This document shows, piece by piece, positions 1-11,960 of a stretch of 64,000 nt of DNA; position 1 is the first letter of the stretch; the number at the start of each line of letters is the position of its first letter. Location of the stretch: the NCBI GenBank assembly GCA_964270895.1, contig OZ185435.1; one strand, 5' to 3'. The notes beneath the pieces are model-generated. The model saw nothing but the letters and a program-made list of their open reading frames with translations, had not been told where the DNA came from and searched no databases. Source of the DNA: Podarcis filfolensis (taxonomy: Eukaryota). A program made the position numbers and the translations under genes.

Positions 1-190
1 CTAGTCAGTACCCTGGCCCCTCTAGTCCAATCAGATATGCTATAGGAAGCCCGTAATCGGGACCTGGATGCAATAGACCTCTCCCTCCCCACCTGCAAAG
101 CCAACAGATGCTATTCAGAGCTACGAAGCAGAACATGGTTGCCATGACTAGTAGCTTAAGGGTTTCCTAGGGGCATTTGGTTGGCCAATG

Positions 191-534
191 CAGACCCTGC
201 AAGTGTCCCTATTTTCCAGGGACATCCCTGATTTAGAGGAGCTGCCCTGGTTTCTGGTTTGATCCTGGAATGTCTCGCTTTTCCTTAGGATGTCCCAATT
301 TTCATTGGAAAAATGTTGGAGGGTATGGGGTTATCTGACCCCTGAGCCATTTGAAGGCAATCCTGTATAGGGAAGCTTTTTGAAATGTTTAATGTTTTAT
401 TATGTTTTTATATATGTTGGAAGCTGCTGAGAGTGACTGGGGCAACCCAGTAAGACGTGTGAGGTATAAATAGTAAAATTATCGTTATGGAATGGGATGT
501 CCCTATTTTCATCGGAGAAATGTTGGAGGGTATG
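191..534. mobile_element. Composite TIR MITE (CA(T/G)ACCCTCCAA-type ends) carrying an L2 3' tail, copy 1
   Basis: Begins cagaccctgcaagtgtccc and ends gttggagggtatg (inverted). Same layout at 35445 and 45196. Interior matches the L2 tail at 11810-11960. Confidence 0.7.
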
Positions 535-1094
535 CGTGTCAATGTGGTAAGTAGAGTTCTTGACTAGTTAGGCCTTTGTTCAGAAAGACTCTTCTTATGC
601 GTGGATGAAACAAGGGAAATCCACAAGCAAAAAGAGACAATCTTGTTGAATTTGTTTTGTTCATGCAGAGATACCCCTGTGTTGTTTATGTAATTCTAGT
701 TGCCATACTTTTTTTTTTTATAAAACAAAAACCCAGAGAAGTATAATTGTCAGTAATATTGCCTGTTCCCTCTGAGATAAATAATAGTCATAGATTTTAT
801 AAGCTCATTTGGGCTATGAATACAGTTACTGTGATCATTACAAATGCAGCAGTAATGAACACAATAATCGTGCTACAACAAGCAAAGAGCTATTAAAATG
901 ATGTTAACATGAAAATGTTGAATGGAAATCTTTATTGAATAGAAGTAGCAATATCTCTTCAAAGCAGGCACATCTGCAGTCATGGTCTGACACTGTCCTG
1001 TATATTTTCAGTTGGATAATATGCACTTCTTAAAAAGACTTCTCCACAGAAACATTTTAGTGATTCATGAGAGTTGGAGGGGCACCAGCCTTAC

Positions 1095-1161
1095 ACAGCA
1101 GATTAATGATCCGATCTGTGCAAGTGATCTTCTGGATTTCAGGAAGCCGGAAAATGTCATC
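1095..1161 (-). other. Candidate exon (possibly terminal) of an unidentified minus-strand transcript
   Basis: ttgacag acceptor and gtaagg donor around 67 nt. Minus-strand AATAAA at 931-936. Phase-0 reading DDIFRLPEIQKITCTDRIINLL is not recognised. Confidence 0.25.
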
Positions 1162-1635
1162 CTGTCAATACATCATAAATTTACATTCAAAGAATGAAAT
1201 AGGGAAATAAAGGTCGTCAACTTGTAGAGGCCATAAGAAACTCTCAGTAATGAGGGAAAATTGAGAGAGGGAAAAGTTCAAAGAAGATTACCCTTAACAA
1301 TAGCATTTGCTTTTAAGAAATAACCACCATATTCTAACGTGGATGAGGTGAATGATGAGTTAATCTGTTCTTAACTTTTTGCAGTAAGGAAGGGATGGGG
1401 AAATATACTGCAAAATGCCGGAGAACACTTGTTTTGATGCAACATCATAATTGCTCATTAAATAGCCAACAACACTTTGTTTAACCTTCCCGCAAACAAA
1501 TCAGAATCAATGCTCAATATACATGAAGTGCCAACATTCTGTGTTTTGAGAGACTTGGCTCACTTTTGCTCTTGTCCGCTCAATCTGCTGCAGCCTGTAT
1601 TCACATGCAGGGGAAAGAAACTCTGTACTTTAAGG

Positions 1636-1951
1636 CAGGAGTCAGCAAACTTTTTCAGCAGGGGGTCCACTGAGGATCCACTGTCCCTCAAACCTTGTGG
1701 GGGGCCAGACTAGATTTTTTTGGGGGGGGGAGGAATGAACAAATTCCTATGCCCCACAAATAACCCAGAGATGCATTTTAAATTAAAGGACGCATTCTAC
1801 TCATGTAAAAACACTAGGCAGGCCCCACAAGTAACCCAGAGATGCATTTTAAATAAAAGAACACATTCTACACATGTAAAAACACACTGATTCCCGGACC
1901 GTCCACGGGCCAGATTTAGAAGGCGATTGGGCCTTAGTTTGCCTACCCATG
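1636..1951. mobile_element. hAT (Charlie-like) MITE
   Basis: Perfect 8-bp TSD CTTTAAGG (1628-1635 / 1952-1959). Ends CAGG...CATG. Contains an internal ~65-bp near-tandem duplication. Confidence 0.8.
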
Positions 1952-2244
1952 CTTTAAGGAATATATGTGGCTTAACATACAGTAGAATGGAACATACTTT
2001 GTAGATTCCTCTGGAAAGATTCATCAATGGGTTTTTGTTCCATTCCAATACTTCCATGCATTTCTCCTTAGGAATCGGCCTATAGCAGGAGTAGCCAACA
2101 TAGCGCCATACAGATGTTGTTAGACCAACTTCCACCATCCCGACTCAGCATGGCCCAAAGGTCAGAGAATAGGGGAATTATAATCCAAGGTCATTGGAAA
2201 GGTGCCACATTAACTCCCCACCCTGGTGGATTTCTATGATGGGC

Positions 2245-2670
2245 CTGTGGCATGGTGGGGGGGGCAGGTGGGGCCATGGCTCTTGGTGCAAAATACTGAG
2301 GGGGTCAACCAGGCACCCCCATGCAGGCACCAGCTTCCACAGAGCTCCCCATCCTGCCCCAGCGAAGGTGGAAGAGAAATCCTTTTGGGGCAGCTGCCAC
2401 TGCCCAGGCACATACCAACGGGCCCCATCGCCAGCTCTCCATTCTTCCTTGCCTGTCTGCTTGCTGTCAGGGGTCTCTGGACCCTGGAGCCCAACCTGGC
2501 CTGGCCTTGCTGCCACATCCCTGCAGAAGCTCTGTGCAGGCCAGGTGGAGGGCTCTATCCACCTTCCTTGTGCTTCCGAGGGCACATTCCTGAAGCCGGT
2601 GGTCAGGTGCACTCCGGCGGCATTGGCAGTTTGCCTGCCCCGGGCAGCAGCAACCCATGCTACGCTGCTG
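2245..2670. mobile_element. Degraded GC-rich hAT element of the CAGTGGCGTAGCGTGG-TIR group
   Basis: Decayed TIRs ctgtggcatggtgg / cccatgctacgctgctg. Flanks tgatgggc / tgatggcg form a partial 8-bp TSD. Confidence 0.55.
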
Positions 2671-3710
2671 TGATGGCGACATGTATTTTAAAGACTACAG
2701 TCTTCTACTTGCACTGAAAATGGAACAATCTTATTTATTCTTATGGAACTAGTGCCTAGACTGTACCTAGCCTGAGAAGTCTGGGGATCTGTTGTCCAAG
2801 TGCATTATGGGAGCCTGACCAAAGCACAGAAGAGGTTTCATGGGCGTTCAGCAAATTACCACTTTATAAGCTGAATCCTAAACACTTTACAATTCACGAG
2901 ACGTTTCAAGCAAATGAAGAACACTGTAGTTCCTAAAAATAGAAGACTCTTAGTAGTTGTTGAGTGGGTGATAATAAAAATGCCAGCTAACATTTCCACT
3001 TATACTAGAAACTGTCATTAAAAGAATTTACAGTTTACACCAACCTCCAATTATCAAAATGAAGACCTGCTATAAATTAAAATGGCCTGCTCTTACTGTG
3101 TATATAATAAGAACAGCACTCTGCCAGTTTCAGAAGCCAAGAAAAAAAATAGTGGTAATGAACAGAAATATTTTTAAAGCAAAGGGATGTTTAAAAGTGG
3201 CTTTCTATAGAGCCTGATGAAATATTGGTTTTTAAAAAGTAACTTGCCAAAATAACACTACACGGATAATACTCTTATCACCACTTTAAAGACTATTTTA
3301 AAAAATGGAAACTCAGTAGTGTAATACTGAGTTCTATGGGAATATTCTCAATACCTCAGTTTAATTTATTATAGTTTTACTGGAATTTTTTCCTGCTTAG
3401 ATAGGTAAGAGGTCTCAGTTATAACACATTTACTGCTTTAATAATCAATATTTTTAATAGTTTCCTTTTTATGTGGAGTTTATATCTTTATCATTGACAT
3501 TACATTTATTGTTTAGACTCATTAAGGGACAATTATGGGAACTCCTTTAAAGCCCAAAAGTACACCTATTTAGGAGGTGATGTTTCGGGGCAGCCCATGA
3601 GAAGGTGCATAGGCAACAGTGATGAAAGAAAGGAAAACATCAGAAATGATGGCTGAGTGATCATGTTCACATCACATCATGTTCTGCATCTGTGCCAATA
3701 GGTGCACATT

Positions 3711-4045
3711 AAAGGTAAAGGGTAAAGGGACCCCTGACCGTTAGGTCCAGTCGTGACTGACTCTGGGGTTGCGGCACTCATCTCGCTTTATTGGCCAAGG
3801 GAGCCGGTGTACAGCTTCTGGGTCACGTGGCCAGCATGACTAAGCCGCTTCTGGTAAATCAGACCAGCGCACGGAAACACCATTTACCTTCCTGCCGGAG
3901 CGGTACCTATTTATCTACTTGCACTTTGACATGCTTTCGAACTGCTAGGTTGGCAGGAGCAGGGACCGAGCAACGGGAGCTCACCCCATCGCGGGGATTC
4001 GAACCGCCGACCTTCTGATCGGCAAGTCCTGTGGTTTAACCCACA
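3711..4045 (-). mobile_element. Sauria SINE
   Basis: (AAAGGT)n tail on the + strand, characteristic body (gggacccctgacc...ggtacctatttatctacttgcac) and tRNA-like head with B-box ggattcgaacc. Confidence 0.92.
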
Positions 4046-4308
4046 TGTGTGCAATTTAAGAAACCATTCAGAAAACTGAAAGGCACCCCAACCTCCCCAC
4101 TGTACAAACGAAGAGGTTTTTTTTAGGAGGAACTCGAGATAGCTGAGTTCCCTTACCTTTTAAAAATTTAATAATTTTGTTTTGTCGGGGTGGTGGTGGT
4201 GCTGGAATGAATCAACACCCAAAAAGTCACCTTTATCTGTAATCAATAAAGTTGTGCCCATTTCTAGTCCAAATTATTGTCTGCTTGAGTTTATTAATCA
4301 TATCTTAC

Positions 4309-4341
4309 ATTCATCCACTGCCCGGGGTACTGCGATTGGGT
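4309..4341 (-). other. Candidate 33-nt frame-preserving mini-exon
   Basis: Branch-like ctcac, then gtttgtttgcttattgcag acceptor, exon ACCCAATCGCAGTACCCCGGGCAGTGGATGAAT and gtaaga donor. Confidence 0.4.
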
Positions 4342-5198
4342 CTGCAATAAGCAAACAAACTTCGTGGTGAGTTCCCTCACCCTTTCCCCCCAGATAAAAA
4401 GTGCTGACGAAACATAAAAGTCAAATGCTGCAAATCTGCAACACACATATCTGAAGGTCAAAGATATTGAGAGGACAATGCCCCCTCTGCCACATTCTTC
4501 TTAATTACAAACTTGTAGGCTCAGATTAAAAACAACAACAACAGATCTATACTTCTTTACATACATATGTAGGGTTACATAATGTATATGTTCATTTGGG
4601 TTTATACATCTGATTGGTGACAGAATATAGACGCGCATATTCCAGTTACATTCTGAAGCAAGCGAATAATAATATTTGCATGAAACGTGATTTCTCTTTT
4701 GATCAGATTTGCTACTGTGGGTGTGTTAGTGCATTGTACATGGATGCTGGCAGTTTCCCCAGAGTTTGAGGCTGCCTGGCCCTCTAAAGGCAGCTGTGCA
4801 TGTGGCAATCCACCCAGTCTGTAAGGTTTAAATTAATAACAAAGACTCAATTATTGCCATCAAAGGAAAGAGTTAATTAGTTCCCTGTTTGCAGGATGGT
4901 ATTAGAGTGCCACCGGTGAAATAATTTAAGATGATTGCAACCACTAACAGGAAAATACTGTATGCAGAATTAATTCAAGATAAATGAACAGAGAAGGCGT
5001 CCCAGGAATGAGGAGGGTTTGCTTTAGGAAACAGAACATCTTGATAAACAGAACATTTTAGCTTTAAGGAATTTTAGTGCCACTTGAATACGTGCTATTG
5101 AATGGGGGAAATGTGGAAATTATTATTGCTGTTGCAGAAGATGTTGTTGCTGGCACTTGGCAAACTTTATCAAATTTTGCTCACAGTCCTTTCTTGCA

Positions 5199-6311
5199 TG
5201 TCGAGACCCCGTAGCCACCCCCTCGTTGATGAATAAAACACCAGGACACAGACATTAGGTTAATGTTATTGGGCAAATTTTGGCCACAACTTTATTGGAT
5301 ACAGAATGTGAGCAGTATTGGCTTAGGCATTGGATTGACCCGACTATATCTGACTCCTGCCCATCATGCAGGGAGTCTGGTAAGGGTAAACCACTGGAAG
5401 GGGGAGCCCTGTCAATGCAAACTAACTCGAGCTCCTCCTTGGTTCCCGACTGGGTCGTGGCATGGCCCTAGCCCCACCCCGGGCTTCGGACAAGATCCAC
5501 ACCCCCGGATTCCTTTCATGGAATATCCTTAAGCTTGGAGGGGCAGGTGATGGCCACACCTCCCCTCCCCCATCATAAGATCAGCAGGCTGGTTGATGAC
5601 GTGGCCGGAATCCTCCGGGCAATGGGGGGCTCCGCCCACCATCCCCAGAGGGGAGTGGGTAGCCATGTGGTCCACCGCAACTCCTCCCCACATTTAAGTG
5701 GAGCGGATTTATAATCCTCACTATCTCTTTTCCACCAATCAGTCATTCCTTAAGTCTTCTACCCTTCCTTCTGACATCTCTCTTCACTGTCAAAAACCTT
5801 GTCATTCTCTTAGAAGGGCTCAGCTTCATAAGCCTCCATTGCCACTTCCACCGCCTGGCTGTTGTTGTTGTTGTTGTTTGCTGTTTGGCAGTCACCCCTC
5901 TTTACGGCTCCAGAGTCAGCTTCCTTTATTCTGCCTCTTATGTTTCACTTACTTGATCTGTTTTCATTCCTTCTACCTCACCTTGAATCCCTTTCCACTC
6001 CTCTGGCTCACAGTTTTTACCTCATAAGTTGCAATTTTTTAAACACTTCAAGCCTGCACCCAATGGGTTTCACACCTCCCCTTCCCTTCCCACTTTCAAA
6101 TTTCCTGTTTCCTGCCATTTTGGCTCCACTTCCTGTTGTCCAGCTCGCTTCTTGAGCAACATCTTCCAAGGTGGCTCGCACACATTCTACTCCTCAAACC
6201 TGCCTTTAATAAGCCTCCAACTGAACAGTTTTTGCTGAAATCAAAGCCACTTCTTCTTTGCCAATCACTCATAGCCGAGTAAGATTATCATCCATGAATA
6301 TAGTCTTAACA
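5199..6311 (-). mobile_element. Probable LTR remnant(s)
   Basis: Minus-strand start TGTTAAGACT at 6311, minus-strand AATAAA near 5290 and LTR-like composition. No TSD found. Confidence 0.3.
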
Positions 6312-6994
6312 GTGTGTCCGAAAGTGACTGTGGAGACCAATTTGAAGGGGACAAAATAAGTAAGAACCGTAATATAAGTTCAACCTAAATAGGGCAGAAG
6401 TTACCCTGACCCTTTAAAAGCTAATCCTCTACACACGCTGGGAGAGCCAGGACGTTCCTCTGTTTTTTAAACTCAAGATTTCGTAAAGTTGCACAAACAT
6501 GTAAGCAATAGAAAAGGAAAGCTCTCTTCACTGAAGTAGGGAGGAAATATATCTGGCCTTCAGAAGAAGTGGGCTCCAATTCCTAGTCCCAATTATGACT
6601 GTAAAGGAAGTATAGCTGGTGGTGACTCATTTACCAGGAATGAGGACTGTCAACATCACTCAGTTTAAGGAAGGCATGAAGCAGGTGCACGAAGACAGGC
6701 TATCCACCCCTGATGGTTGCCACCACCTGTCTAGCTCAGGGTCTGGTGGCTACCCCCAGGTTACAGCTGCCTTGTCTGTATGAAAAAACAAGCCTTTAAC
6801 TGGTGTTCCCATTTGATTGGCTACACCTCCCTCAATGAAAGCAGCATTCCAAGGAAGAATGGCTGTTGTCCCCAGAGTTAAAGGAAGTGGAGCTCCACAA
6901 GGGCAACCAGCAAAGCCTGTGATGTCCTCTCAAATTACAATGGATTCCAGAAATGCCCACAATAGAGACAGCCAGGTATGGGCCAACACTTTGG

Positions 6995-7421
6995 TTGTTG
7001 TTTAGTCGTTTAGTCGTGTCCGACTCTTTGTGACTTCATGGACCAGAGCACGCCAGGCACTCCTGTCTTCCACTGCCTCCCACAGTTTGGTCAAACTCAT
7101 GCTGGTAGCTTCGAGAACACTGTCCAGCCATCTCATCCTCTGTCGTCCCCTTCTCCTTGTGCCCTCCATCTTTCCCAACATCAGGGTCTTTTCCAGGGAG
7201 TCTTCTCTTCTCATGACGTGGCCAAAGTATTGGAGCCTCAGCTTCAGGATCTGTCCTTCCAGTGAGCACTCAGGGCTGATTTCCTTAAGAATGGAAAGGT
7301 TTGATCTTCTTGCGGTCCATGGGACTCTCAAGAGTCTCCTCCAGCACCATAATTCAAAAGCATCAATTCTTTGGCTATCAGCCTTCTTTATGGTCCAGCT
7401 CTCACTTCCATACATCACTGG
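6995..7421 (-). mobile_element. RTE/BovB-type LINE, 5'-truncated 3' end
   Basis: ORF 7002-7418 encodes YGSESWTIKKA...IDAFELWCWRRLLRVPWTARRSN...RGRQRMRWLD, the RTE ORF C-terminus. (CAA)n tail. Flanking 11-bp repeat GGGCCAACACT (6980-6990 / 7426-7436). Confidence 0.92.
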
Positions 7422-9004
7422 TAGAGGGCCAACACTACCAGCTCTTATTTGAGATCTCAGAAGAGCTCCCCATCATGTGAGAACTTGGCCTATCAATATC
7501 TGTTCCTGGATGCCTCCCATCTTCACTTGATGCCATCACAAATTCTCCTCTCACAGACATTTATGAGCAATCACAGAGATGGGGGTCTGTTTTACAGTGT
7601 GTCCAAATGATTTGATGTAATTGAAATGAAGGGAGGGTGTGCAGCATCAATGAATGACATCCATTTAAATATAATAGGCAGAAAGTAGCATGGGTAATAA
7701 CCGTAAGTTTAACTTATATAGAACGATGGCCTTAAAATTAGAACCTTTCAACCCATTAAGCAATTGCTAACAGAAAATTTCCACGATCAGGTCACCATTT
7801 CCACTGTTCTGCTCATTTTCAAATTACACATGAGACATATTGAACAATCTTATTTGCCAGCGAAATTATCCTACGACGAATGATGAATTCCTATATTTAG
7901 TCTGCTCGGCTCAGAAAATACATTTCTGCTACTTCAGGAGCCTTTTGGCAGTACTAGAGTTGGAGTTGGTTATTTTTTTTAAGGGCAAATGGTTGAAATA
8001 ATTGGACAAGAATTGGATTTTGCGTTATCCGGCAGCAATAAAATGCATGTAGGAGGAAAGCAATCTGAAATCAGCATGTAGGAAAGCAGTGAGAAAACAC
8101 ACGTGTTTTTAACATTGGGAGGGTTGCAAGGCATGTGTCCATATGAAATGCTGGAGAAAGACTCAGAGGAAGTGGGACAGCTGTTCGCATGCCACTCTGT
8201 GTTATGTTACTGCTATATGCTTTATGGGATCAGCTGCCATAGGCCAGTTCCACAACAGCTGGAGAGGAACATCAGCTGAACTCTGCAAGGGGGGTTAGCT
8301 CCAGTTAAACAACTCTCCTTTTAATATTTTGGGCAACGTAGTATTCCTTTATCCTGAGGCCAACAGCAAATTTATATAACAAAGGATTAGGCTGGGTGGC
8401 CATTACTGACCTAAAAGGCAGCTAAAACATTCTTCTTCTCAGTTTGGATCAAAGCTGGTGGGGAGATGCAACAAAACGTACCAAATGTTTGCCCATACAA
8501 CACAGTAAGACGACATTTCTAAAAGGGATTTACAGTGGCAACCACACAACAGGAAGGAAAAGACACACTTCTGTTGTAGGCTATTGGGCCAGTCAAGGTC
8601 TTTGTCATCTCCATGATTTGTCTCTATTTTGTTAACACACCAAGAACACTAAGGGCAGGAGAGAAAAAATCAAATAAATTTAAGCTGACACATCACCCAC
8701 CCAGAAGATCTGTCAGTTAATAATTTCACTAGCACAGAGGATAATTTATGGGCCTAACGGAAAACTCAATACAATACATTTAATTCACCTATTCATTTGT
8801 TTTAATTACAGCCCTTCTGCTTACCCTAAGTAAGCTTGAATTTTGGCAGTCCTGCCTGCTGCTCTATATTGTATCTCAGCTCGAAATGTTCTTGGGCAGT
8901 TCAGTCAAAATTCATGTCATAGCCTGCTTCTGTGAATTTTGTCATGAATTACCAGTAGTGGCTGATGTGGTAAGGCAGAATTGTGAAGACACTTTCTCAG
9001 AGTA

Positions 9005-9241
9005 CAGTGGTACCTCGGCTTACATACGCTTCAGGTTACATATGCTTCAGGTTACAGACTCTGCTAACCCAGAAATTAAGGGTTAAGAACTTTGCTTCAG
9101 GATGAGAACAAAAATCTTGCAGTGGCGGTGCAGCGACAGCAGGAGGCCCCATTAGCTAAAGTGGTGCTTCACATTAAGAACAGTTTCAGGTTAAGAATAG
9201 ACCTCCAGAACGAATTAAGTTCTTAACCCGAGGTACCACTG
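9005..9241. mobile_element. Tigger/pogo-like (Tc1-mariner) MITE, copy 1
   Basis: TIR CAGTGGTACCTC...GAGGTACCACTG, TA TSD and subterminal ttacatacgcttcagg repeats. Confidence 0.9.
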
Positions 9242-9548
9242 TATCAGCAATATTGCAGTTCACCTAAACAGGGCAAGGCGGGCAGACAGTGAAGTCAGGG
9301 CTATGGAGATGCACAGGCAGGAACATCAGATTGGCTCCACTAGAGCATCTGTGCCGCCCTGACGTCAATGCCACCTGCCCCTCCCCAGCCCCATCTGAGT
9401 AAGCTGCAGTGATGCTGATGTTAGGAGTGTGGCTCTGCATCTGCATCCCATTGCACTGCTCGCTTCTGTGAATAATTATAAGAACAGGGGATGAGCCTAC
9501 TAGATCAGGCCAATGACCCATCTAGTCCCGCATCCTGTTCTCACAGTG

Positions 9549-10312
9549 TGTCAGGGACTGGCTGGATGAGGAGTGGTCGCAGCCCCAGGGGAGGACACCG
9601 GGGAAGACAATTTGGAGCCTGGTTCTTGGTGGTGGGACTGGGGAGAGCAACCAGCAGAAGGAACCTTCTGGGAGCTATTGGATACAGAGTGATTGTGGGG
9701 AGGCAGAAGGGGAAAGTCAATCCAGGATAGAGGTGGAGAGGTGTAGTGTGAGCACAGACGCTGACAGAGAAGCAGCAGAAGCTGTGTTTCCTGCTCTGCA
9801 GAAGAACAGTCCCCCACCCACCTCTCTCACCCCAAATGCAAAGGGCCTTGAACAACGCAGAGCAAAGAGCCAATGGCTGCTGGGAAGGCACTGGGAGTGA
9901 GGCCAGAACCTCAGTGTCTGCAATGTCTCTTTCCTGAGTACAGTGGTACTTCGGGTTACATACGCTTCAGGTTACATACACTTCAGGTTACATACACTTC
10001 AGGTTACAGACTCCTCTAACCCAGAAATAGTACCTCGGGTTAAGAACTTTGCTTCAGGATGAGAACAAAAATCGCGCGGCGGCAGCAGCGGGAGGCCCCA
10101 TTAGCTAAAGTGGTGCTTCAGGTTAAGAACAGTTTCAGGTTAAGAACGGACCTCCAGAGCGAATTAAGTACGTAACCAGAGGTACCACTGTACTCGTGTC
10201 TGCTGGCTCTCCGTGTGTTTGTGTTCTGAGCAATAAAAGTTCATTTGCATGCCAAGCCTCTTGCCTGTTCCTGAGCTGCTGCGGCTGGTCGGCTATCCTG
10301 GCAGCGTTGACA
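9549..10312 (+). mobile_element. Solo LTR (probably Gypsy-type), interrupted by a Tigger-like MITE
   Basis: TGTCAGG...TTGACA ends, AATAAA near 10232, TSD CAGTG/CAGTA. Start is similar to the LTR at 22576. Confidence 0.7.
9941..10190. mobile_element. Tigger-like MITE, copy 2 (nested in LTR)
   Basis: Same TIRs, TA TSD. Confidence 0.9.
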
Positions 10313-10624
10313 CAGTAGCCCGCCAGATGCCTGTGTTAAGCCTGCAAGCAGGACATGAGTGAATCAGCCCACAGCTCACCTGTGATTCCCAGTGGTCTTC
10401 CAATATCTGAAGGGCTGCCCCACAGAAGCTGGATAAGACTTGCTATATGTTGTTCCAGAGGGAAGACTAGAACTTATAGGCGGACACTGCAAGGAAGCAG
10501 ATTCTGAAGAACCATTAGCAATGGAAACCATGGTCTGTTGCAAGTGTACAGTGCAGTCCTGTGGATGTTTACTCAGAAGTAAACCATACTATGTTTAAAG
10601 GCATATTCCTGCTGACAATGCAAG

Positions 10625-10900
10625 TCGAACATAGTCATCATGGTTGGTAGTCAATGACAGCCTTGCTGTCCATGAATTTGTCTAATCCTCTTTTAAAGCT
10701 ACCCAGGTTGGGGGCCATCACTGACTCCTGTTCCATAGTTTAAATATGCATTGGGTGACGAATTACTTTCCACCCATCCTGAATTTTCCAACATTCAGCT
10801 TCATATGGATGTCCATGAGGGAGGAAATCTTTTCTCTAGGCACCTTCTCCAACCCATGAGTAACTTTATGAATTTGCATCATGTCACCTCTTACCCTGTT
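10625..10900 (-). mobile_element. CR1 LINE 3' fragment
   Basis: Minus-strand reading DMMQIHKVTHGLEKVPREK resembles the CR1 ORF2 C-terminus and is followed by CR1-like 3'UTR (gaatttgtctaatcctcttttaaagc on +). Confidence 0.6.
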
Positions 10901-11237
10901 CTGAGGTGCTTTGTGAATTTGGGTAAATTGAAAATGGTTGTCAGAATAAAAACGGGTGTTTGCTTTGCCACTCTCTGGGGCCTGGCACCATGGACAGCTA
11001 CAGGAGAGAGGGAACACTGTTACAGAGTAGGCTTATCATTCCTTCAGCAGATCGTTTTATTCAAAAGGTGTAGTGTGGTTATTTTAAAATCTAAGCTGTG
11101 AGAGAAAGCATAGTTGGTTTTTTTTTAATGTTTGGTTTTTCTTTCTTTCACAAGAATGCCATCCCAATGATGTATTATTTGAAAGCAGACCCAGGTGTTT
11201 AAAAGACATCCCTTTCTTTTTTAGGATAAGTGATTAA

Positions 11238-11442
11238 GGCCACATTCATGCAGAGTGGTTTAACAATCAATCAATCCCTCTTCCCAGGGAACTCTGGGAA
11301 TCGTAGCTCTGGAAGGGGACTGGGCGTCTCCTAACAGCTCTCAGCACCCTCAACAAACTCCAGCTCTCATAATTATTTGCAGGAAGCCATGACTGTTTAA
11401 ATTGGTGCCATAGTGCTCTAAATACATGATGTGAATGTGGCC
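11238..11442. mobile_element. PIF/Harbinger-like MITE
   Basis: TIR GGCCACATTCA...TGAATGTGGCC, 3-bp flanks TAA/TAG. Confidence 0.6.
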
Positions 11443-11499
11443 TAGCTATGAATCCCATGCCTGTCTAACCAGAAGTAAGCCTCACTTGTGGCAAATAGA

Positions 11500-11960
11500 C
11501 TGGCGACTGGGAGTGGCCGCCGAGACAATATAACACTGGTCAGAAAGACCTACATTGGCTCCCAGTACATTTCCTAGCACAATTCAAAGTGTTGGTGCTG
11601 ACCTTTAAAGCCCTAAATGGTCTCGGCCCAGTATACCTGAAGGAGCGTCTCCACTCCCATCGTTCAGCCCAGATACTGAGGGTCTTCTGGTGGTTCCCTC
11701 ACTGAGAGAAGTGAGGTTACAGGGAACCAGGCAGCGGACCTTCTCGGTAGTGGCGCCCGCCTTGTGGAACGCCCTCCCATCAGATGTCAAGGAAATAAAC
11801 AACTATCTGAAGACATCTGAAGGCAGACCTGTTTAGGGACGTTTTCAATGCTTGATGTTTCATTGTACTTTTAATATTTTGTTGGGAGCTGCCCAGAGTG
11901 GCTAGGGAGGCCCAGCCAGATGGGCGGGGTATAAACAATAAATTATTATTATTATTATTA
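11500..11960 (+). mobile_element. L2 LINE 3' end
   Basis: acattggctccc...tttaaagccctaaatggtc...tgtggaacgccctccc...gctgcccagagtggc motifs and (ATT)n tail. Confidence 0.85.

Noticed and set aside
2178-2717. Cluster of ORFs on both strands
   Set aside because: Coincides with a GC-rich degraded TIR element; no recognisable protein.
4549-4562. 14-nt match to the reverse complement of miR-1 (atacttctttacat)
   Set aside because: Seed end does not match and no pre-miRNA hairpin is evident; AT-rich chance match.
7880-7950. C/D snoRNA (C box ATGATGA)
   Set aside because: No D box CTGA or terminal stem at a suitable distance.
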